From assembly GCF_032062105.1 (NCBI RefSeq), contig NW_026929738.1, positions 1-64,000 of the forward strand: DNA of 64,000 bases, written 5' to 3'. Under the pieces are notes generated by a model. That model ran no database searches. It was not told the DNA's origin and worked only from the letters and a program-made list of their open reading frames with translations. Both the position numbers and the translations under genes were made by a program. Below are positions 39,112-51,800 of this stretch, piece by piece; position 1 is the stretch's first letter; every line of letters begins with the position of its first letter. This DNA comes from Saccostrea cucullata. Its lineage: Eukaryota.

Positions 39112-41191
39112 CACAGGCACTTGTTTCGGAAATAAAATTTTAACCCATAGTATAATAACACAAGGTATCTAACTCCAGATTTCACGGAATATCCCCCTCC
39201 TCAGAAACGCACTCATTTAAAATTTCAGAGGAAATGCAATGGCAATATGTATATTATCATTGTCTTCTACGATAATTTATCTCAGACCTGCCTACCCTTC
39301 CGCTTTTGGCGTAATTCTTCCGCTTTTTACCACTAAATTACGGTATTACGCCACTTATATAAAGGATATCCGATCCTCAGCCAGGAAGGATAACTCCAAA
39401 AATTAAAATTTAATCTGTAATGCATCAAAATTATGCTTGGAAATTATTTTTTTTCATGCAACAATTTTCATTTTATTTATCTTTTAAAAAAAGTCTTAGA
39501 AAAGGTTTTATAAAATTTTAAGGCAAAAATTAACATAGTTTTAGAGAAATAAGATTTTCTTGAATCCAGCCTTAGATACCAAAGCTTATTAGCATGATAT
39601 GAAATAAGAAGAGATTTGTGGTGTCTTGCAATGATAGCAAAAGCCTTTTACGCTATGCATTATAGAAAACATGACAGAAATAGAAGACAAAAAATACCAA
39701 ATAAGTACAAAAATCATGACAATTTCTCTGAATGCCTGGATACCTATCTTTTTTTAACATAAAATATTTTTGTTGATCAATTTGCAGTTAGAAAATGCAT
39801 TGCTGATATTCCAATTCGCTTTTTCTGCAAAAATATTGGAAAATTTTCAATATAATATGATTAACATCTTTAACAAAAATATAAATTTACATAACTTTGT
39901 GGATTCAGAGATACTTTTATGAGTATTTTTGATTACTTAACTGCTAATTTTGTAAACCTGAGGATCGGACTACCTTAATTTTACGCTTTTGATATTTTGG
40001 TTTAAAATCCTTCATGAACGACTAAATAAATAGAGTTAAATTACGACGTGTGAAATGAAATGAAGTTCTAATAAAAGTAATTCATAAAGGACCGGTTCGA
40101 TAACGTACAAGTAATATACCGGGTAGTTACATGTAAACTGGTATGGCGAAGATTCAAAAGAAGAGGAGAAGGCACTACATACATTAACTATTAAATGATA
40201 TTGCAATAAGTACAGCCATTTCTATGCTCAATTTAGTTTACTTTTACAATTGCTTAGAACAAGATAGAGAAATGTGAGTGTTAAAAAGATAAAGTACGTT
40301 ATAATATACGATTTGTAAACATGCAAACGCAAGCCTTCAATTAAGTGATCTAATACAAATTGACCAAATGCTTCATTAAGGGTGTACGGTTTAACTGAGT
40401 TTGATGTAGCTAGGATACTGGTATTTTACAACACTTTCTTGCCAATAAATGATTAGAAAAAGGAAAGGCTATGCCAGCTGTGTTTAGTAATGCACAATTT
40501 CAGTTGTTTTGAAAGAAAATAAAGTATTATACATGTAGTAAGAACAACAAAATAGTTAAACATGATTGATTACGCTTTTACCTCTGAAATTCCACCAAAA
40601 ATATACTGAAATTATACCCTCGCAATAAAAAGAACTGTTTATCTACAAAACCATTATGGTTTTCGTTTATAAACAGCATTTTCGAACTAAACCATAAAAT
40701 GGTATGTGCTAATCTCGGACAAACACGAAAATTAAAAAATGAGTGAGTTAAAAAATAATTTAAATTCAATTCCAGATTTTAAATATTGCATTGAATAAAT
40801 AAAATTTGATTATGTCTCATTTTCCGTGAAACACTACCACATATTTTCGATGCAATTTGAGAAGCAGAATTTTAGCCAATCAAAATCTTCGTGCGGGATT
40901 AGCACATACATTTTCATGGTTTAGTTCGACTTTTCCACTCGGCGCGGCGAGCAGGGTCTTGATGCTGTTTACGGAGATAAACAAAAACAAAGACATGCAT
41001 GCCGCATATGGTTGTGCACATAAATTATCGAAGAAGACAATGGTAATAAACATATTGCAATTGCGTCTCCTCTGAAATTGTAAATGAGTGCGTTTCTGAG
41101 GAGGGGGGTATTCCGTGTAATTCGGAGTTAGATACCTTGTGTTATTATTATACTATAGGTTAAAATTTTATTTCCGAAACAAGTGCCTGTG
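39112..41191. mobile_element. Non-autonomous TIR transposon (P- or hAT-like), 2,080 bp, TIRs about 120 bp
   Basis: CACAGGCACTTGTTTCGGAAATAAAATTTTAACC... mirrored at the right end; perfect 8-bp TSD TACTGTGT. Confidence 0.9.
39362..39976. mobile_element. Nested TIR element (Kolobok-like)
   Basis: AGGATATCCGATCCTCAG / CTGAGGATCGGACTACCT followed by TAA. Confidence 0.65.
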
Positions 41192-42854
41192 TACTGTGTA
41201 CATAGGCAGGCTAATTATTTGGAAAAAGACTGGCTTTTTAAGGATGAAAAAATGGCATCGAGTATATACTTCATTTCAAAAATTTTAGATGGACTTTTAC
41301 TATAATATAGCTGCAGAACTGTAGCTTTTCAGTTTGTGGTTTTATATTTTAGTCTTTTACAATATCATCAAAGACTAATTATATGGTTTTATAATTTAGT
41401 CTTTGACCATATGGTCAAACGCAACAGTTCTGCAGCTATACTATAGTCTAATGAAAGGAATTATTTAGTGATGCAATTGTCCTTGTTTATCATATGTAAT
41501 TTTATTTATTTTAATGGGTGGTGATCCTAAAAGGACAGTGGCAAATGTGCCCAAAAAGAAAAACAGCATTCCCAGTTCATCTGCTGATGACCACGTATGA
41601 ACAAACTAAAAATACATATCATAATAGTTAATAGTTTTATTTTTTTTACTGCATATAAAAAGTGGCATTTCTGTACAAAAATGCTTGTATATAGTTACAA
41701 AAAAGATTCTAATTTACAAAGTTTATAAATTTATACACGAGTTACTTGATAAATGGTATTTACAATGATGGATAGGAATGTTTTCAAGTCCCTTGTAGAA
41801 AATATTTTATTTCATAAAAATAGATATATACACATTCATTCAAGATATGTCACATATATTCCATAAAAAATATTCATCATAAAATGATTATTACACATAT
41901 TCTATGAAAAAGAGCTCCACATATGCAAATGGTAAATATATGCAACAGTCATAAATTCCCACACTTCTACTTTTTGGACAACTTGACTATTGCATTATGA
42001 TATGTAATAATATGGAATGTAATAAATGTAAATTGTAATCACATTTCCTCTCTCACAACACTAGTATTTCATACTCCAGAGTATAAAAAACCATTTAACA
42101 AAATTGATATGTAACATTTGTAAAAGTAATAAAATCAACCATTCTAGATTAATACAAAAATGAAATGTTTAAAAATCATAGAATATCTAATATATAAATT
42201 TTATTCATCAATCACTTTTGTGGAGTGTGAAAAAAAAAACTGTGCCTTGTATGAATCACAAAGGTCAGAGATCTGCTTTCATGTTTTTTTTTTAAATACT
42301 TAATAGCCTTTTCATTTCATCTCCTTGCTTTGGAATGACAAGAAAAAAAAATTATAAATTGGAATGCTTCTTGCTTTTCATTTTAAGATCAGTCTTTCTG
42401 TATGAGAACTTTCAAAAATTGTATTTTAAGCACTAATATACTTGACTGTTGAAAAATTTGAAGTATTTGTGTAGCATGCAACATTATTTATTGCTTCTAC
42501 TATTATGGCACTCTGAAAAATGTCAAGTATCAATATTCAGCATAAAACTTTTGTTCAAAAGTGAATAACTGCAAATATTTTGATTTTAAATGCCAATGAT
42601 CTATATATGAATCACATTTAAATACACAACCCTTTTTTTATATAGTCTAAAAAAATATGCTGTACCAACCTGGAATAAGATAGTCAAAACAGATTCTATA
42701 GAACAGAAATGTTGATTTCATCATACATGGTAACTGATATGTGAATTTTCTCTTGATTCTACTTGAGAAATTGTGCACTTTTTAATTCGGAATGACAAAA
42801 ATCATTTGCGGTACTTTGGAAGGATTTGAGTCATGTCTCACGAGAGCTTCACTG

Positions 42855-45800
42855 CTAAGAGTTCCGTAACATATATCTCTGTAGAATAAATCCAATAATG
42901 AGAGTTATTAGTGTAAAGCTGGCTTTTATCACCACACCGACATTGAAGAAGGGACAGTATGGACATTGATACGACCCACACACATAACACACATTCAGAT
43001 TGAACAAGCTGTATGTGGAATACAGTGTTGTGTTGTGCATACCTGTAAGAAAAAAAAAAATTCCATTTAATTTGTAATTTAATGAAAGCATTTAAAAAAT
43101 TTAAATATAAATAAAACATTCCTTCAAAGCTGTTTTGGGGTATTTAGTGCAAAACGAAGAGTTATCTTTCCTTGCACAGAAAGTGCCACATATTTGAATG
43201 ATGTTTTTTACCTGGTTCATAGTAATCATAGACCCTGATTTTGTGTTGAATGGTCATGTTAGCAATAGGGTACCATCTGTGGGCCTCTATGTCTACACAG
43301 GTCTGCCGCTGATCAAGCTTTACAATACATAAACAATAAAAATCAATATTTTAATTATATCAAATTTAAATATCATGAAACAATTTCCATCATTCAATAT
43401 CTATCTGTCTTCTGTGTCAACCATCAGCCTTAAATAATTACTTATGCTAACCTTAATATTTCAAGAAATACATGTCTTTACTGAAATATAAGATAAAATT
43501 TTCAAGATAAGACTTGACTTACATATTCAAAGTAAAACACTGCTTTTCTTCCATAGAATTCAGCTCTCTTGAGATTTGCGGGTGAGGTAGGGTTATTAAC
43601 GAGGGCTCGTAAAGTGTCGTTCATTATCACATAACCCGAGGGAATGTCAATTTCCAGCACCGTCAAACCGGACTGTTTACTGCGAGCTTCATACACCCAG
43701 CTGAAATCGTAAAAATAAATTTATAAAGTGCTACAGTATTTCATATATATTCAATGTTCATATTCTAAATACAGTGTACTATAATTATGACAAAATAAAC
43801 TAGAACTGTCCAATAGGGACAAATACCCCCTGCTGGGTTTTTCAGAGAAGGTGCCAATTCAAAAATACACAATTTACTTAAAAAAAATTTGCAGTGAAAT
43901 ATAATTGCTCATCATGTTTCTTAATGAATGAAACGAAGGTGCAACCAAATGAAACATCAATAATAATACATTGTAATTCCATTGTAACATTTTTTTTTTC
44001 ATTTAATTTTTCTTCATTTATACTGCATTAAAAAAATATATTGCAATTATGTGTTATGTCACTCTGCAAACTGATTGTTGAAAAAAAAAACATTATACAA
44101 AATCAAATTAATCTTGATATATCAATTTGAAATGCATTTTGAAAATAAAGAACTGGTCATCCAGTAATGAAGTGTTTTGACAGACAATAAATTACAATTA
44201 AGAGAATAAGAGAAGAGAGATCTTTAATTCTTGTGCCTTATTCCCTGAAGATTTGATAACACACACACACTTGATAAGAGATATGCCTAAACAACTTCCA
44301 ACACCAAACTCATTAATTTATCTTTAACTGGATGCATGTCCAGTCTTTATTCCCAAGAGACAAATGAAATTACATTATCTTCTGTGCAATGTAAAAACTG
44401 TTTTTAACACTTGATGTTTCTTTTTTTTAAGTTTTTATGAGTAGTTTTAAGCTGTAGTTCACGTTTTTGTACAGATATTCTAGATTCTATGTCTCAAACC
44501 TTATACATGAGCCCAAAATGAACAAGTCAATTAAAATTTTAAAAAACCTGTAAAATGCAGAAAAATGAACAAAAAGAGTTGAAAATTCCAGGTGCACAAC
44601 TTCATATGGTGAATAATAATTGTACAAATTTTCAGATTAATCCTTGCAATAGTTTCTGAGAAACGGTCCAAACAAAACCCCAAAATAAAAATGAAAAAAC
44701 ACCTGTAAAATTCAAAATAATAATCCAATCAAGATGAAAAATATCAGGTGCACAACTTCAAATGGTGAATAATATGTGTACAAATTTTCAGACAAATCCT
44801 TCCAATAGTTTCTGAGTAATGGTCCGGACAAAGTCTCGTCTACAGACAGACGGACAGACGGACGGACGGACAGACGGACAGACGGACATGGTGATTCCAA
44901 TATACCCCCCCTAAACTTCGTTTGCGGGGGATATAAAAAAAATATGTAAATTGAAGTGACATGAAAATGATTTTTTATATTTACTCACCTGACACAAGGT
45001 GTCATTCTGATTGTGGAGAAGTTTCTCCCGCTGAACTCGATGTTGTAGTTATCTAACAGGAAGAACTGGATTGTATCCACTGGATTCCGGACTTGCCACA
45101 CATACTCCACATTCACTGTTGTAGTCAGCTAATAAATGTAATAACACATTATAAACTACAGTGGTTAAAGTTTAAAATTAAATATATTCTAATACATGTA
45201 TTTCATATATGAATAATTAACTTTTTTGTATTTAAAATGGTACAATGTTATCTTAAATTTTAAAATCTACATGACTTGTACAATGAATAAGTATTATAAT
45301 TATTAAAAATATGATACAGTCAATTGATTAAGACATTATATGTTCTACCTGTAAATTTAAAACTTAACCTGAATAAGTGTTCTTCCGGTTCCCTTTACTG
45401 CTACTCGAACTTGACCGAATACTTTGGGCAGCTGAAATTATCAAAAATCAATTTTGAAAGAGTCAATTATCAAGTTTTAACTCTGAAAACAATTTTGCAA
45501 AATCATTGGCAGTAACAATTCACTTTTGTTTGGATTATACAGGATATACAGCTTTAGGAAACTTACCCAATCTTCCTGCATTTCTGTATAATTGTCTTTG
45601 GTCATCATGAACTCGTTCATCCAGTTAGGGGAGGCGGAGGACTCCAGCTTCAGGTTCATGCTGAACACGTTCCTGTTGGGGTCAACCAGGGTGAACTCAA
45701 ACAGGGCCTCCATGGCAGCTAATGTGTCCTAAAAAACAAATCAGGCATGTCAAGCTGGTGTTCTCTGACTTAGATATCTGGTAACCAGATGACATTGCAT

Positions 45801-48800
45801 CTACATTCCATCTATGACTCTAAGATTCTATGTCTCCTGTTTTTATGCTTCTTTAATATTTCTACTGATTACATTGCAATTGTAAAGGTATAAGCATATA
45901 AGATGTGAAATATTTTAGTACAGTGGAGCCTCATTTATCCACATGCTTTGTTTCCTAGTCAATTTGTCCAGATATGTGAAGCGTTTGGATACCTGAATTA
46001 CGACAAAATAACGTTAAAAAATTCCGTTCCGATGAAAAATCATCCGGATACTGAAGCGTCCGGATATCTGATGGTCCACTGTATATCCACTTGAGTGGAT
46101 TGTAAGTCTATAAGATCTGACTATATGTACCTGAGTGGACGCAAAAGCTGCGAATGTGTTCCTCATTGTCTGTAACCATTTCATCATGGAGTCCCTCTGT
46201 TCTTTGATGAGACCACTGGTACTGTCAGAGCTGGTGGCCGCCCCAAAGTGGTTGATGTGAGCCAGCAAGGCGTAGGCTGTAGACTGTACAGCGTAGCCAT
46301 CATTGACCAGGGGCAGTCTGGGTAACATGTACAGGACAGTGTTCACGTACTCCGAGGGGTTTTCTCTGATTGGCGAGTCCGAAAAATAATGTTCTGGCTC
46401 TGCAATGAAAACAGTTATTTTTTTGTACCCATAATGTTAAACCATTGTCAAATATTCACTTCATTGTGTACAAAATAAATCTGAAGAAATTTATTCTGAG
46501 GCCATCCTTAAAAAATTGTTTGTTTGGAATTGCCGTCTGGAGGGTTTCAGACACAGGAAGGAGGGAGGGAAATTATTTTTTTTTAAATTGAAGATAAATT
46601 TTTTATACAAATCTTAGCACACACATTTTCTGACTTTTTAACAAATTATCTACCATCAACAAAGAAACTGAATTTTGCATAGATCTGACTCTACATTTCA
46701 GTGTTCTGTATTGTGCATGTGGTAACGCGCAAAAAAAATTAAAAAAAAAAATCTTCCTACTCTTGGTCAATAAAATTTTTTGAGGAGGGGGCATTTCAAT
46801 GAGGCGGGAGGCAATTCCAAACAAACAATAATTTTATTTTGGCCTGATTCTAGTGTTTGAAATACTGTATTTGAAACCTACTTGTGTAAACATGTGACCA
46901 CAGTTTATCAAACACATCTCTGCTGCGGACACTACTGAGAGACAGGGCGTACGAGGTTATGGCGAGGTGGAACACTTCTGTAATACTGGGCCACTGCTGA
47001 GACAGGTACTCTGAAGCTCGCTGTTTAGCCTTCTCCATACAGCTCTGAGACTCCTGTCAAAGAAATGGGACCTTGTAAATGCATATATACATGTATCTTA
47101 ACTGGAAATATGATTATAATAATCATTTGACAGATTATCTCATAAAAAAAAATTATAATTCTCCAATAAAGTAAGAATAAATTCTTTAAGAATTTAAATC
47201 CACATAAGATATAAAGCTTACCATAGAGGTGTCCTTGATTTTGTACAAGGCAACAAGAACATAGGCCGTCAATGGCACAGGATGTGCTCGTAATGTATCA
47301 TTCTCAATCGCTTCTTTCAGAGATCCCTGTAATGATAAAATTAAAACTTTTCACTTCAGTAAAGACAACAACAATTGTACTGAATGTTTGTAAGATTTTT
47401 TAAAGATTTCTTGGAAGATGAAATTACTTTTTCCAATTAATAATTATCTAGACTACTCACAAAATTCCTGTCATACACAGGAACGCCAGGAAGTTCGTTA
47501 AATTCTCCTGTCACGTTATGTTGCTGACTACACAGCCAAAGGACCATCTTATTAATAAGCTCCAGGGGGATGAAAAATTCCTTCTCCCACTCACCAAACT
47601 TAGCTTGAAACAATGTCTTAGCCACAAAAGCAGTCAACCTAAAATAGTATATCAGAAATAATACATGGTCTAACTAGTAGGCAAGACTAGAACACTTGTT
47701 GCTTGCTACCCATTTACAAACATTAAGAGATGCTGTATATGAAGAAATAATTATATTTTAAGCTAATTTTAAGATTGAAATCGCATATTTTTGTAACTTA
47801 CCATACACTGGGTTTGGGGTCATCTCTGAACATGCGGAAAGATCCGTCCTCGTTCATGTATCCCATCTGTCTTTGTAAGGCTGTAAACAAAGAGATTAGA
47901 TGAGTTTCAAAAACTGTTTAACTTTAGCTGATAAAATAATAACTTTACAGTACGCCTAAAAGAGCCATCAACACATACATTGTAAATAGAGAATGAAATT
48001 ATAAGTTTGATTTTACCTATATTCATGTATTTAAGTGTTCTCTGGAGTACATCATTGCTGAGCTGTTGGTTGGCCTTTTTAAATCGGAGGGTTAGAAGAT
48101 TGTAGGCAAAATTAAACATGTTCATTTCTCCTGATCCATACGGTCTGTATAAAATGTCCTCAGCTGTGGGGAATTCCCGGAAGAAACCAGGGGTCACAAC
48201 ATCACCTAATCAGAACAAATAATCTTAAGTTAGAGCCATTTTAAAGCAGGTAATATGCATACAAATTGTAAATACCTTGAAATTTTAGACATGTTAGTAA
48301 ACCAGCAAACTATTTAATACAATATATGGTATATAAGAAACATACTCAAAACTATTTTCCATGTAAATCAATGTTATGAACTTAAATGAAAAAGCAAAAT
48401 AATAAATAAATTACTAGTAATTTCAACATTTCTAAAGCAAACTGCTTTGTCAACAAAACTCATTCTAAATTTTAGCTTTACTAAGCATAATTCAAATCTA
48501 TTTTTCAGCCTTAGTCTTTTATACTCTTTATTAGGTACTGATAAGATTTATTGAAATCCTTACCAAACACAGTGATATGTCCTTTGGGAGACCCAGGGAC
48601 AAACTGGTGGTAACGCTGCTCGGGAACGATGAACTGATCCGAGACGTTGACCTTCAGATCCGGAATAATCATGGAGCCTGAGGTGATCATGTCTATCAAG
48701 TACGGGGTGTGGTACATGTTCTCCACTCCATCAGACTGTGTCAACAAAGACAGATTCATCAGATTCATTATCTACGGGATCATATTTTTTTCTATTCTTT

Positions 48801-51800
48801 TCAAAGTTTATGATACTTGTAATTTTATTGCAATGAGCCTATGAATTTACAACTTTAAAAGCCAATGTATTTATGTTTTGTAAATGAACTGACTGATTTG
48901 ACATATTGTTATTTGGATAATCTTATCCTCAATGATAATCGAAGTTGACCGATTTTCAAAAAATACATCATCTCATTCTTGTTGCCGAGAAGAAAAAAAA
49001 TCATATGTTATAAACAGAATTTCTTAAAACAAATGAAATTTCAACAAAAGTACAATAACTACTGAGCAGCATGCTAGAAGATTTAGATTGTTATACTGTA
49101 AACCAACTAATCTTGGCATCATCTTTTATTCACGATTCGTCAATTTGAAACCAATCGCTTTGATTAATTTTCACGAATAAGGAAACATTTTCTACAAAAA
49201 CGAAGCAAAATAAATGCTTTGCGGCTTTTAATATTTGCGATTTAAAGTACATGTAGGTTGCGAAACTTGCGAATATTTCTCGCATGCAAATAAAAGTTGG
49301 TTCACAGTATATCAATAAATATCTTACCGTGATGTAGATGGTCCTACTGACTGTGTCTCTCTCCAGGAAGCACCAGGCACTGACTGTGAAGGTCAGGTTA
49401 CCCTGTACCATGTTAGGGACAATAGGCATAAAGATGTCCTTAGATTCTCCTGGCTCCAACTGACAAAATCAAAAACAATAACCAAAACTCATAAACAGTC
49501 ATTTACAAAGTCACAAACAGATCATCCTAAGATGACAGAAAATTTTATTGCAAAAAAATATCTGTACTAAATTATTATTTTTTTTTATCTCTATCTAGCT
49601 TTTTGGGAAAAACAATCTCACATCTGTGCAAAGTAATGAAATGTAGGTGTAAATAGTGCAAAATGCCACAACTTTGCACAATAAAGACAATGTAATGCAG
49701 CTTATTTTACAACTGAGAGGTATGGGAATAATTATAACTTACGAATACGATAGTTTGGTGGTCCCCACTGTGTCTTTTTGGTGAGTAGGACTGTACAAAG
49801 CCTTCATCTCCTACCAGTACAGAGTCGTAGTCTGGAGACCCCTCCATTGTCACAAGCACCTGTAGAAGATACAGTGTATGTCAAAAGTCAGTCACCATAC
49901 ATAACATATACAATGGTATTATTGCTTACAATATTCACTAGTAAGTCACTAAACATGACAAGTATCTCATGCATACTATTTAAGGTTCACTGATACTCTG
50001 ATAAGAGAGATAACTCTATGACATTAATATCTATTATTCCTTTATAGATTTGCCAAGTTGAGGTGTCTTTTTTTCCCCAATTTTGCCCCACTATCTATGC
50101 TACAATTGTATGTATTTTACTTATAAAATACATTTCTTTTGGAAAATCATTAATGTTCAAGCAACATTTTATATGAGTGAGCAGAGGGTTTATGTACCTT
50201 TATACAGAAAACAACTAATAACACAATATAATTGTGTTCTTTATCATGAATTTACATGTTTAGTAGATGTTGTAAATGACTTGCCTCTATGAACTCGTCT
50301 CCATACCAGTAGTTGAACACGGTAACTCGGACTCCCACCTGTTCTCCCCTGATGATGTGCTCTGGACACTCCACAATGATGTACATGTACCGCGTGGCAT
50401 CATACTAAGAAGGGAAACAATCACATTTAAAGTTCCTACCTTATCTTTTTAAAAAAAATTATTCTCATTGCAAATATAAAACTGGCAAAGATATGTAACA
50501 TCCAAACAGCTTGTTAATGACTTTTCTAATATAATCCGATAAAAGCTTCTGCATCATTTTAGAATACATTCTTTCTAGTTGTTAATGATAATACTGATAC
50601 CTGTATAGGTGTGGGCTGGATCCCGAGGCCTGAACTTCGACTCATGGACACTCCATGTATGACCCAGGTAAGGGGATATTTGGGGACAGTAATCCTAAAG
50701 TCTACCTCACCATCAGGCCTGAGCGTGAAAAAAAAACCCATTGAATATACACATGTTTAAATACTTGTACTTATTGCAATAACAATATCAAGACATCTCA
50801 CTATGCACAATTTACATGTAAGTTCTTTGTAACATATTGTTGTACTGGACCAATCATACACACATATCCATATCAGCAGACTTAAAAACTCTTTTATAAT
50901 GTCCTATTAAGAGTTTGATTGAAGGTGCCATACTTAAAATCAACTAGAACTGTCCAAACGGGACAAAATACCCCCACCGGGTTTTTCAGAAGTAAGTTTT
51001 TCCATAATAAAGATATGTATCACACATGAATTATGAAATTTTTCTTCCAGTTACCTTGAAGTTCCCCAAATAATCTTAAATCAAGGTCACGACACACCCT
51101 TGGGTCAAGGGCAATCTTTGTGTGAAATGAGAACCTACCAAGTTTATCAATAAGAAAGATATGGACCGGATATGAATTATGAACTTTTTCTTCCAGTGAC
51201 TTTGAACTTCCCCAAATGACCTTGGGTCAAGGTAATGACACACCCTTGGGTCATGGGCAATCTTTGTGTAGAATGAGAACCTACCAAGTTTTTCTGTAAG
51301 AAAGATATGGACCGGACATGAATTATGAACTTTTTCTTACAGTGACCTTGAACTTCCCCAAATGACCTTGGGTCAAGGTAATGACACACCCTTAGGTCAT
51401 GGGCAATCTTTGGGTGAAATGAGAACCTACCAAGTTTATCCATAAGAAAGATATGGACCGGACACGAATTATGAACTTTTTCTTCCAGTGACCTTGAAGT
51501 TCCCCAAATGACCTTGGGTCAAGGTCATGACACACCCCTGGGTCATGGGCAATCTTTGCATGAAATGAGAACCTACCAAGTTTATCCATAAAAAAGATGT
51601 AGACCGAACACGAATTATGAACTTTTTCTTCCAGTGACCTTGAACTTCCCCAAATGACCTTGGGTCATGGTCATGAAACACCCTTGGGTCATGGGCAATC
51701 TTTGTGTGAAATGAGAACCTACCAAGTTTATCTGTAAGAAAGATATGGACCAGACATGAATTATGAACTTTTTCTTACAGTGACCTTGAACTTCCCCAAA

